In this document: positions 9,080 through 17,830 of the stretch, piece by piece
How the letters are laid out: the number at the start of each line of letters is the position of its first letter
How positions within the stretch are numbered: the stretch's first letter is position 1
Source of the DNA: Desulfotalea psychrophila LSv54
Lineage (GTDB): Bacteria; Desulfobacterota; Desulfobulbia; Desulfobulbales; Desulfocapsaceae
Direction of reading: 5' to 3'
Assembly (NCBI RefSeq): GCF_000025945.1
Contig: NC_006138.1
Span: 1,530,001 to 1,562,000, forward strand
Length of the DNA stretch: 32,000 bases
Notes under the pieces: generated by a model
Database searches by the model: none
What the model saw: only the letters and a program-made list of their open reading frames with translations
What the model was told of the DNA's origin: nothing
Program-made: the position numbers and the translations under genes

Positions 9080-10039
9080 TTAGCATGCGGACTCGCACGG
9101 TTTATGTTTTTTCTGGCACCATACAAGCATAATAATCCCCGTCACTATAAGCAATAGACCAATGATGGCTGCCAGATCGGGTAGGGGGGAATCGAGGAAA
9201 ATCATGCCACCAACCAGGGCAAAGCCCACCTCCGTTGCCTGACTTGCATCAACGCCCGCCAGTTCCGTTGAATCCTTTGCTTTGCTTCTTGCAGCCAGAA
9301 AAATGGTGGTGGCAAGAACACCGGAGAAAAAGGCAACAAGGGAGCTGTTGAGGACCTGTGTAGGGCTTGGCAGCGGTGGATGCAGAATGCAGATAAGTAC
9401 GATCCATAGGGGTACAGAGCCCAGGGAGAGGAGCATGACCTTGTTAAAGGTGTTGTCCAAAAGGGGGGAGTCAATCTTGGGGAGATGGCGGTGTCCTCCT
9501 ATTTTAGCCTCCCAGACCAGCTGGTTGCCAAGCGGATAGCAGAATGTGGCAATCATTACAGGTAGGGCTCCAAGCATTATGGTATGGAGATTAACCTCTC
9601 CCATATGTGACAGGTTGACCAGGCAGGCACCGATAAAGATAAGTAAGGCGAAGAGCCAGACACGTTTAGGGAGTGAGCGACCGAATAGGATAAAGATAAA
9701 GAGACTTGCAACTACAGTGAATTGCCAGGTGGTGGCAATTATCCATCCCGGTGTAAAGTCCGCACTAAAGCAGAGAAGGGCATAGAATGCGCCAAAACCA
9801 ATGCTGCCGCTAAGGAGCCAGAAGATCCAGTTTGAGGCAAAGAGCTTGAGGACATCTTTTATCTGGCGCAGGCCTCCCTGGCTAAAGAGGATGGCAGATA
9901 AGAATATAATCATAAAGAGATAGCGCAGAGATGCTGACCAGAGCCAATGTCCGCCAGCCACACTCATTACCTCATTTAAGAGAAATGTGGAGCTGAAAAA
10001 TGCCCCCGCCAATGTTCCAAGTAAAATCGATTTCAACAT
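9080..10039 (-). CDS. Multidrug resistance efflux transporter family protein (DMT/EmrE-like)
   Basis: 319 aa, about 10 hydrophobic segments; LLGTLAGAFFSSTFLLNEVMSVAGGHWLWSASLRY and QATEVGFALVGGMIFLDSPLP. Confidence 0.78.
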   Translation of the reverse strand: MLKSILLGTLAGAFFSSTFLLNEVMSVAGGHWLWSASLRYLFMIIFLSAILFSQGGLRQIKDVLKLFASNWIFWLLSGSIGFGAFYALLCFSADFTPGWIIATTWQFTVVASLFIFILFGRSLPKRVWLFALLIFIGACLVNLSHMGEVNLHTIMLGALPVMIATFCYPLGNQLVWEAKIGGHRHLPKIDSPLLDNTFNKVMLLSLGSVPLWIVLICILHPPLPSPTQVLNSSLVAFFSGVLATTIFLAARSKAKDSTELAGVDASQATEVGFALVGGMIFLDSPLPDLAAIIGLLLIVTGIIMLVWCQKKHKPCESAC

Positions 10040-10106
10040 CTACTCATCCTATCTGTAATAAACTATCAGGTCAGGGAAATTCCTTCCCGTCTTGCAAAAT
10101 TCGGCA

Positions 10107-10847
10107 TCACTGAGGGCCAAATACCTTTTGCAGGAGGGCAGTGGTCTGTTTAAGGGGGTTTTCCCGGATAGCAATCTCTTCCTGGCTAATATAGTAGAAT
10201 ATGCCGTCCATTCCCTCCTGCACAACATAGTCCGTTAAATTTGCTTTGACGTCGGGTACAAATGGCAGATTCTGGTATTCTCCCACTACCCTGTCAAAGG
10301 CCTGCATAGCACCTGCCTGGGCGAGGCTTTTTTCTACTATGGGTTGCATTTGTCTACTCAACTCCGGAGACATTTTTCTTTGGAAGTACCTTGTGGCAGA
10401 ATCTTTTGGGCCGTTATAGATGGTTTTTATGTCGTCAAAGGTCATCTCCGAGATTGATTGCAGGAAAAGTTTTTGGGCCTTGGGGGTGGCAGCTTCGGCT
10501 GCCCGGTTAAGTCTCAGCTCAAGGTCATCAAGCAGTGGGGACATGCCAATTTTGTTCAGTACAGATTTAACCGTATTGAGTTCTTTCGGTAGTGGTATAT
10601 GAATAGCAGGATCAGCATTGAAGCCATTACTCTGGCCTAACTGTTTAACCACTTTTTCGGCGCCAAGGCGGAGTGCCTGCTTGAAGGCTAAGTCCATCTC
10701 ACCGACACTGGGTTTCGCGGCTGTTGTTTTTTCTACGCTTTTTAGCATATCCATGCCCTTATCGAACCAACTCTCTGTTGCACTGGCCTGGCTTGCTACA
10801 AGCGGGAACAAGAGGACAAGCAGACTAACCATTTTGTAATTTTTCAT
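10107..10847 (-). CDS. DUF4197 domain-containing periplasmic protein
   Basis: 246 aa with signal peptide; ALRLGAEKVVKQLGQSNGFNADPAIHIPLP and ATRYFQRKMSPELSRQMQPIVEKSL typical of DUF4197. Confidence 0.82.
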   Translation of the reverse strand: MKNYKMVSLLVLLFPLVASQASATESWFDKGMDMLKSVEKTTAAKPSVGEMDLAFKQALRLGAEKVVKQLGQSNGFNADPAIHIPLPKELNTVKSVLNKIGMSPLLDDLELRLNRAAEAATPKAQKLFLQSISEMTFDDIKTIYNGPKDSATRYFQRKMSPELSRQMQPIVEKSLAQAGAMQAFDRVVGEYQNLPFVPDVKANLTDYVVQEGMDGIFYYISQEEIAIRENPLKQTTALLQKVFGPQ

Positions 10848-11403
10848 AAAGGGGCCTTCCGGGAAAATGAGTGCTGTTTTTTGTTTATCCGATTATGCCA
10901 TTTGCAGAAAATATTAGTCAGAAGAGCAAGCCCCTCTTCTACTTTCAGGCAAGCGCCTGCCTGGGGACTGTTCTCTTGCCCTATAGGGGGAATATGATCT
11001 TGCCGGCCAAGCCATACTAGCACATTATCTGAAAAAGGCGATTTGATTACAGCGATTAAAGTGCTCTTCTTGAGGGTGGACACGATCCTTTGCCTGTGTT
11101 TATGATGAGAAAATCACCAAGAGTCAGAGACTAAAAGCAGTTTTTCTGGATATCTGTTTGAGATTGTTTGTAGAAAACGGCTACAATAAGGGTGGCAGTG
11201 AAAAATGTTGCCAGAGATGATATGGAATGAGCATCTCAGAGGCAAAGAGACAATTAACTATAAGCCCTTAGAAACATTGCTCCACGGGGGGGGCTCCTCC
11301 CTGAGGATGAATGCTGACCCTATTGATGTCGGTAGAGATGGACATCGATTAGAAGGGGGCGATGGCATTTTTTTTCAAGAGTAGAGAGATAAGGAAGGGT
11401 AAA

Positions 11404-12561
11404 ATGCTAGATTTTAATTTTAGAAATCCCACCAATATTCTTTTTGGCAGGGGCAAGATAGCTACCATTAATGAGCATATTTCTCCAGGCAGTCGCGTGT
11501 TGATCCTCTATGGGGGAGGCAGCGTCAGGGCCAACGGAACATTGGCTCAGGCCACTGCGGCTTTGGCTGGTTATACTCTCTTTGAGTTTAGCGGTATAGA
11601 GCCCAATCCATCCTATGAAACGCTGATGAAGGCGGTCGAGCTGGTACAGGATGAGTCTATTGATTTTCTTCTGGCTGTGGGCGGCGGTTCTGTTATTGAC
11701 GGCACAAAATTTGTGGCTGCGGCGGCCCTCTTTGAAGGGGAGCCATGGTCGATTCTTCTCGATAGGGGGGCATCCATAGAAAGGGCTCTGCCCATGGGCA
11801 CGGTACTTACCTTGCCGGCTACGGGATCAGAGATGAATCGCGGGGCAGTGGTGACTCGTAGAGCGCTGCAGGCAAAGTTGGTTTTTCACAGCTCTCATGT
11901 CTTCCCTCAGTTTTCTGTGCTGGACCCTGAAAAAACATATAGCCTACCATTAAAGCAGATCAGTAATGGAGTGGTTGATGCCTATGTGCATGTGATGGAG
12001 CAGTATCTGACCTATCCAGTCAATGCTATGGTGCAGGATAGATTTGCCGAGGGGCTTTTGCTCACCTTGCTTGAGGTGGGGCCAAGGGCGCTTGCAGATC
12101 CAGAAGATTATGATTTGCGTGCCAACCTGATGTGGTCTGCCACCATGGGTCTAAATGGCCTAATTGGGGCGGGGGTTCCTCAGGATTGGGCTACCCATAT
12201 GATCGGCCATGAACTGACTGCAGCCCATGGCCTTGATCATGCCCAGACTCTGGCGATTATTCTGCCCAGTCTCTTGACTGTATGTCAGGAGGATAAGTGG
12301 GCAAAGTTACTTCAGTATGCCGAGCGCGTTTGGGGATTGAAGGGGGGAGGCGAGGAGACGCGGATTGAAGCTGCCATTGCTCTCACCCGTAAATTCTTTG
12401 AGCAGATGCGGATAAAGACTCACCTCTCTGATTATGGTATTGGTGAGGAGAGTATCCCAAGGCTGTTGCAGCAGTTGGAAACCCATGGGATGGTGGCCTT
12501 GGGTGAGCGTCAGTCAGTCACCCTGGATGTGAGTAAGAAAATTTTAGAGATGAGCCTCTAA
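11404..12561 (+). CDS. Iron-containing alcohol dehydrogenase (YqhD/BdhA-like)
   Basis: ORF track gives 11362, but internal ATG at 11404 follows AAGGAAGGG and begins MLDFNFRNPTNILFGRGKI. Motifs GGGSVIDGTKF, LPATGSEMN, HMIGHELTAAHGLDHAQTLAI. Confidence 0.92.
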   Translation: MLDFNFRNPTNILFGRGKIATINEHISPGSRVLILYGGGSVRANGTLAQATAALAGYTLFEFSGIEPNPSYETLMKAVELVQDESIDFLLAVGGGSVIDGTKFVAAAALFEGEPWSILLDRGASIERALPMGTVLTLPATGSEMNRGAVVTRRALQAKLVFHSSHVFPQFSVLDPEKTYSLPLKQISNGVVDAYVHVMEQYLTYPVNAMVQDRFAEGLLLTLLEVGPRALADPEDYDLRANLMWSATMGLNGLIGAGVPQDWATHMIGHELTAAHGLDHAQTLAIILPSLLTVCQEDKWAKLLQYAERVWGLKGGGEETRIEAAIALTRKFFEQMRIKTHLSDYGIGEESIPRLLQQLETHGMVALGERQSVTLDVSKKILEMSL

Positions 12562-12650
12562 TCTCATTTTAGCTGTATAAAAGTACATGGTTAAGGCAGG
12601 AAGGGGGAGGGCTTCTGCTCCTGTTCATCCATGCATACCAAAGGGAAAAT

Positions 12651-13760
12651 ATGTCTGAACTATTTGAATTGGCAAAGATAAATGGACTGGAGCTAAAAAA
12701 TCGTTTTATCAGATCGGCAACCTATGAGGCCATGGCAGGTCTTGATGGCAGGGTGACTGATCAACTTTTGCTCTATATGGCAAATCTTGCTCAGGGGGAG
12801 CTGGGACTCATCATTAGCGGGCACACTCATGTGACTCTGGAAGGGCAGGCTGGTCCCAGGCAGATGGGCATATACTCCGATGAGATGATCGAGGGTTTGC
12901 AGAGGTTTACCGCCACGGTTCATGAAAATGGTGGCCTCATTGCTGCCCAACTGGCTCATGCTGGCCTACGGGCTATTGGCAGAAATGAATATGCGCCCTT
13001 GAGTCCTTCAGATCTCTTTGCGGGCAGCCTGAAGGTTGCCTCAGAGATGACCGTTGACGATATAGCCAGAACGGTCAAGGCCTTTGGCGATGCGGGGCAG
13101 AGGGCCGTTGCAGCAGGCTTTGATGCGATCCAGATCCATGCGGCCCATGGTTACTTGCTCAGCCAGTTTTTATCCCCCCACTATAATACCAGAGATGATC
13201 TCTACGGTGGTAGCTTGGAGAATCGGGCCCGCTTTCTCATCCAGGTTTATGAGGAGATCAGGCAAAGAGTCGGAACCTCATTTCCAATCATGGTGAAGAT
13301 CAATTCCGAGGATTTCCTCCCTGGCGGAATCACGACGGAGGAGGTACTAAAGGTATGCCAGATGCTTGAGGAGAGTGGGATAGATGCCATCGAGATGAGT
13401 GGTGGCACCCTTGAATCTGAGGAGCTTATTCCCTCTAGGGTCGGTACGGCAACGTCAGCTGAACGAGAGGTTTACTATAGAAAGGCAGCCGAGGCCTTTA
13501 GAAAGAAGAAGATAGCTGTGCCGCTTATTCTGGTGGGCGGGTTTCTCTCCCTCTATATTGCCGAAGAGGTGGTAGCATCAGGGCTAGCCGACTTTGTGGC
13601 CCTTTCAAGGGCCCTTGTTAGAGAACCGCATCTTGTTAAGAGATGGGCGGCAGGAGATAGAAAAAAGGCAACCTGTATTTCATGCAATAAGTGCTTTTTA
13701 ACCCTTGCCATGCCGGAGGGCCTGTACTGTGCCGTTGAAAAAAAGGCCAGACGTAAATGA
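12651..13760 (+). CDS. NADH:flavin oxidoreductase (Old Yellow Enzyme family, single FMN domain with C-terminal Cys cluster)
   Basis: 369 aa; LKNRFIRSATYEAMAG, AQLAHAGLRA, FDAIQIHAAHGYLLSQFLSPHYNTRDDLYGGSLENRARF, SRALVREPHLVKRW, CISCNKCF...YC. Confidence 0.92.
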   Translation: MSELFELAKINGLELKNRFIRSATYEAMAGLDGRVTDQLLLYMANLAQGELGLIISGHTHVTLEGQAGPRQMGIYSDEMIEGLQRFTATVHENGGLIAAQLAHAGLRAIGRNEYAPLSPSDLFAGSLKVASEMTVDDIARTVKAFGDAGQRAVAAGFDAIQIHAAHGYLLSQFLSPHYNTRDDLYGGSLENRARFLIQVYEEIRQRVGTSFPIMVKINSEDFLPGGITTEEVLKVCQMLEESGIDAIEMSGGTLESEELIPSRVGTATSAEREVYYRKAAEAFRKKKIAVPLILVGGFLSLYIAEEVVASGLADFVALSRALVREPHLVKRWAAGDRKKATCISCNKCFLTLAMPEGLYCAVEKKARRK

Positions 13761-13783
13761 GAATAGTTGGCTCCCATATCGGT

Positions 13784-13843
13784 CTTTGAGGAGGTAGGAA
13801 ACGGCATTCCGGGACCTTTGGTCCCGGAATGAACGTCTCAAAG
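13784..13843. repeat. Nested intergenic hairpin between convergent genes
   Basis: CATTCCGGGACC (13805-13816) TTT GGTCCCGGAATG (13820-13831), a perfect 12 bp stem enclosed by CTTTGAG (13784-13790) / CTCAAAG (13837-13843). Confidence 0.8.
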
Positions 13844-13846
13844 AGG

Positions 13847-14527
13847 TCAGGCGCCGACCTTTGCTATTGGTCTCTTATTATAAAGGGTAAAATCTGTGAG
13901 ATTGACGTTTGCTGAGTAGCCGATACCCCCCTGCTCGAAGATGATGAGTAGGGTCGTAGGGGTGATTACTCTCTGGCCGATAAAGGTGTTAACGCCCTGC
14001 AGGATCTCTTTGTAGCCCGCGCCCGTTGGTAGCGAAAGGCCAATGGTGAGAGTGTCGTCACCGGTAAGTCGTTTGTCTTCATTTGAGTCAGTCTTTACCA
14101 CCCTGTAGAGAATTGCCTGAACATCTTTTTCCCTTCTTTCTGAAAGAAGCTCAAAATCCACTATTAGATATTGATGAGAGCTTAAAAGCCAATGCTGCTC
14201 ATTAGTTGTGCCGTTTATGAAGAGATAGTTTCTCGCCGAGGTGGATGATTTGCTGTAGTAGGATTGGGCATAATTTTGCTCAGACCTCAAGGGGCTCATG
14301 ACGTAGGGTCCGCCTTCAATATTTGTTAAATATCCCAGCTGCCACTCTTCTTTGATAGCATCTTTTTCTTCAACATTGACGATATTACTGCTACTTCTCT
14401 CTCTGACTATGTCGGTGATTATCTTGTATCCGGCGAAAGTGGATATGCCAATGGCAAGCACCCCTGCTACCATGAGGAGCAAACCGTTAATACGCCAAAC
14501 AAGTGTGAAAAACCTACTCTCTTTCAT
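13847..14527 (-). CDS. Hypothetical protein with one N-terminal transmembrane segment
   Basis: 226 aa ORF; one hydrophobic segment (LLLMVAGVLAIGISTFAGYKIITDI); no recognised family; downstream of and same strand as rsgA. Confidence 0.65.
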   Translation of the reverse strand: MKESRFFTLVWRINGLLLMVAGVLAIGISTFAGYKIITDIVRERSSSNIVNVEEKDAIKEEWQLGYLTNIEGGPYVMSPLRSEQNYAQSYYSKSSTSARNYLFINGTTNEQHWLLSSHQYLIVDFELLSERREKDVQAILYRVVKTDSNEDKRLTGDDTLTIGLSLPTGAGYKEILQGVNTFIGQRVITPTTLLIIFEQGGIGYSANVNLTDFTLYNKRPIAKVGA

Positions 14528-14573
14528 CTGTCCTCTCCTGATAATTGATATCTTGCCCTAAAGACCTCTCTGC

Positions 14574-15647
14574 CTAGCCGCGTTTAATTCTTTTTTTGCT
14601 ACCCTTGGCGGTGGCATGGCCTTTACGTTTTTCGATGGCTCGGAGCTGGGCCTCTTCTTTTTGGGCTGCTTCCTGAACTTCCTGAACAAGCTTGAGATAG
14701 CTGGCGAGACGTTCCAGGGAGAGCTGTCCGGACTCAGCTGCTGCCGTGACGGCGCAACCTGTCTCTTCGGTATGACTACAGTCTCGAAACCTACAGGAGT
14801 GGGAGAGCTCTTCAATATCCGGGAAGACTTGACTGATCCCCTCTGTTGATCCGGTCAAACCGATGGCCCGGATTCCTGGGGTGTCAATGATGATACCGTG
14901 GCCGCTAATTTGAATGAGTTCACGGGCAACCGTTGTATGTCTGCCCTTGCCGTCTCCTTCACGGACCGCCCCCGTTGCCTGACGCTCTGTTCCGGCCAGT
15001 GAATTTACCAAGGTCGATTTGCCGGCACCCGAGGGGCCGATGAGAACAGCGGTTAAGTAGCCTGTGATATAGCTTCGCAGTAGCTCTGCTGCCTCTGCTG
15101 TTTTTGAATTTACCAAGGCTATTTTCACCCCCATGGCAACGGATTTGACCATTTCCAGGGTTGCGTCTGGATCTGCTGCCAGATCTGCCTTTGTTAGGAG
15201 AACAACGGGGGTGGCACCTGAATCCCAGGCAACAGAAAGTTCGCGCTCCATACGGCGAAGATTAGGCTCTTCGGCGATGGGATGGACGATGAAGACCGTG
15301 TCAATGTTCGCAGCCAGAGCCTGGGCTCCGGATGTCTTGCCGGCACTTCCCCGGGTGATAAGACTCTTGCGCTTGAGTACGGCCTCAAAGAGGAGAACAT
15401 TGGGGGTGTCGGAGGGAAAGGCCACTAACCAGTCGCCTACGACGGGCAGCTTGGTCGTCCCCTTGTTGGCCTTAAGAAAGCGAGCAGATGGCTTTGCCCG
15501 AAGCACGCCGTTTGTGGTGGCAACGAGCATACTGCCACGATCGCCGCGGATAACTCGTGCTGGTATATTCTCTCCCGTATGGGAGTCAAAAAGGTTCTGC
15601 CAATACGCTGACCACCCTAACTCTGAAAGCAAAGCATCTTCGCTCAA
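14574..15647 (-). CDS. rsgA: Ribosome small subunit-dependent GTPase A
   Basis: 357 aa circularly permuted GTPase: NIDTVFIVHP, VLLTKADL, GPSGAGKSTLVNSL, GKGRHTTVAREL, IIDTPGIRAIGL, and C-terminal zinc motif CRFRDCSHTEETGCAV. Confidence 0.97.
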   Translation of the reverse strand: MSEDALLSELGWSAYWQNLFDSHTGENIPARVIRGDRGSMLVATTNGVLRAKPSARFLKANKGTTKLPVVGDWLVAFPSDTPNVLLFEAVLKRKSLITRGSAGKTSGAQALAANIDTVFIVHPIAEEPNLRRMERELSVAWDSGATPVVLLTKADLAADPDATLEMVKSVAMGVKIALVNSKTAEAAELLRSYITGYLTAVLIGPSGAGKSTLVNSLAGTERQATGAVREGDGKGRHTTVARELIQISGHGIIIDTPGIRAIGLTGSTEGISQVFPDIEELSHSCRFRDCSHTEETGCAVTAAAESGQLSLERLASYLKLVQEVQEAAQKEEAQLRAIEKRKGHATAKGSKKRIKRG

Positions 15648-16187
15648 TACAATCTCCTTTATAACCGGGCCTGGGATGGGCCGTGGACTTATTACGCTGA
15701 TTTGGTAGGACCCGTGATTTGGCTAATGAACAGGTCGGGTACTGTCTTCTCTGCAGAATGCAGACATTCATCCTTTGGTAACAAACTACAGGGCAATAAT
15801 CAAGGAGAAGGGGGATTGTTTTAGCTGTCTTTTCTTGGCGCCAGGTGAATTTATTCTGATATTTCTTTTACCTGTTTGTTTTTGTTGAGCATATTGTCCT
15901 CACCTTAAAATGGTGAAAAGTTGTTAGGAATATTGTCTGACTATATTTCGGACTGACTGAGAGATACAGTTCCTATAGGCCTCTTTATTTAAGTAGGAAA
16001 AGAGCTTCTTTTTCTGAATGGTATCAACTGTCATTGTTGGTGTGGTGACGCGTAGGTGAGTATGAATGTGTTGCTGTATCTTGAAAAAGGAGAGGCGGGG
16101 CTGAGTTAATATTCTTGTAAGATTTGAGGTGGAGGGTGCTGCCCTCTTCATATTTTTGAGAAGAAAGCAGCAATTCGTTCTTATCTA

Positions 16188-16565
16188 TTATAAATTGACA
16201 ATTGCCTCAATTTCAATGCAACCATCAAGGGGAAGTTTGGCCACTTCAAAGGCACTTCGAGCAGGAAAAGGCTCGGAGAAAAATTCTGCATAAACGATGT
16301 TTGCTCGGACAAAATCTTTCAAATCTGCTAGAAAAACGGTTGTTTTAACAACTTGATCCAAGGTTCCGCCAGCCTCTTCCACTACTGCTTTGAGGTTGTT
16401 AAGGGATTGACGAGTGCAATCCTCGATGCTTCCCTCGCACATTTTTCCGGTTTCAGGATTTATTGGTAGTTGTCCTGAAATGTAGAGGGTATTGCCACTT
16501 TTGATTGCCTGGGAGTATGGTCCTACGGCATTTGGTGCTTTATCTGTTTTGATTTGGACTTTCAT
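16188..16565 (-). CDS. ridA: RidA family reactive enamine/imine deaminase
   Basis: 125 aa; APNAVGPYSQAIKSGNTLYISGQLPINPETG, LKAVVEEAG, FPARSAFEVAKLPLDGCIEIEAI. Confidence 0.95.
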   Translation of the reverse strand: MKVQIKTDKAPNAVGPYSQAIKSGNTLYISGQLPINPETGKMCEGSIEDCTRQSLNNLKAVVEEAGGTLDQVVKTTVFLADLKDFVRANIVYAEFFSEPFPARSAFEVAKLPLDGCIEIEAIVNL

Positions 16566-16575
16566 TTTGAGTACC

Positions 16576-17775
16576 TTATTTTTTTTGTAAATAGATTATT
16601 GGAATTGCGGCATACATTTGGGTTGCCTTAAGAACCTGCTCTTTTGCTACATATTCGTTGGGCACATGGCAGGCATCCAGAGTGCCAGGACCATAACCAA
16701 TAACGGGTATTTGATGTTTGCCCATGATACCAACGCCGTTAGTTGAAAATGGCCATGTAGTCAGGGTTCCTTCTTTCGCGAAGAGTTCTCGGTAGGCCAT
16801 CAGTGCAGATTTGGTTATCCTGTGTTCTTTTTCGAGTTTCCAGGCGGGGAAGATGCACTCTTTCTGGCATGGTTTTCCCGTATAAGAAGGTTCTGAAAAG
16901 GTGAAAAACTCAACTCGCGCTTCGGCCTCTTGTACTGCCGGGAGTTGTTTTACCTGATCGAGAGCGTATTTTGGTGATTCTCCCCAGGTAAGTCTGCGGT
17001 CAATTGATATTTCGCAATAATCGGCAACGGAGCAGCGGGATGGCGCATGGGCAGAAATTTCTGAAACAACAAGGGTGCCTTTACCGAGTTCTGGGTCTTC
17101 TATTTCTAGATTGTCGTTTAACTGTTCAAGTTCAGTTATGATGCGTGCCATTTTGTAGATAGCATTCTTACCCTTGTGTGGGGTAGATGCATGGGCACTG
17201 AGACCGGATACAGAGATCTTAAATTCCATCCGCCCTTTTTGAGCCAGAGAAATTTCATCATTACTTGGTTCGGCAAGGATAACAAAGTCTGGTTGCAATC
17301 CTTTTTTTTCGATTAAAAACTCCCAGGCAAGGCCTTCACATGGCTCTTCCTGGACAGTAGTACAAACCATATAGGTAAAATCCTCTAGCAGATCTAAGTC
17401 CTTGAGGATTTTCCCGGCATAGAGCATCGAGGCGATGGATGCCTTCATATCGGCGGCGCCACGGCCATAAATGTTCTTTTCATCCTGAGCGCCGGAGGTG
17501 GGGGATTGATGCCACTGCTTTTCGTCTCCATATCCCACAACATCCATATGGGCATCGACGCAGATGAGTTTGGGGCCATGTCCTACCGAACCACAAACAT
17601 TGCCCATTTCGTCGATTTCAACCTTGTCGAAATCAAGGGCCCTCATCTTTTCGGCAACAAGCTGTGCGACCCGGCCTTCATCTCCAGAAAAGCTTTCTGT
17701 CTGGATAAGGGTACTTGCGAAATCGTAGATATTCTGTGCGTAGAATTTGCTGCGATCCTTAATATTATTAAACAT
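16576..17775 (-). CDS. ygeY: YgeY family M20-type hydrolase (selenium metabolism-linked hydrolase family)
   Basis: 399 aa; DAHMDVVG, IYGRGAADMKASIASM, VQEEPCEGLAWEFL, ILAEPSNDEISLAQKGR, GYGPGTLDACHVPNEYV. Confidence 0.88.
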   Translation of the reverse strand: MFNNIKDRSKFYAQNIYDFASTLIQTESFSGDEGRVAQLVAEKMRALDFDKVEIDEMGNVCGSVGHGPKLICVDAHMDVVGYGDEKQWHQSPTSGAQDEKNIYGRGAADMKASIASMLYAGKILKDLDLLEDFTYMVCTTVQEEPCEGLAWEFLIEKKGLQPDFVILAEPSNDEISLAQKGRMEFKISVSGLSAHASTPHKGKNAIYKMARIITELEQLNDNLEIEDPELGKGTLVVSEISAHAPSRCSVADYCEISIDRRLTWGESPKYALDQVKQLPAVQEAEARVEFFTFSEPSYTGKPCQKECIFPAWKLEKEHRITKSALMAYRELFAKEGTLTTWPFSTNGVGIMGKHQIPVIGYGPGTLDACHVPNEYVAKEQVLKATQMYAAIPIIYLQKK

Positions 17776-17830
17776 AGTTACCTGGTTAGTGATGAGTGCG
17801 TGTATGAGAGTTCATACACGCACTACGATG

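Noticed and set aside
15133-15708. 191 aa plus-strand ORF antisense to rsgA
   Set aside because: Overlaps strongly supported rsgA; composition typical of a reverse-frame artefact (Ser/Arg/Pro rich).
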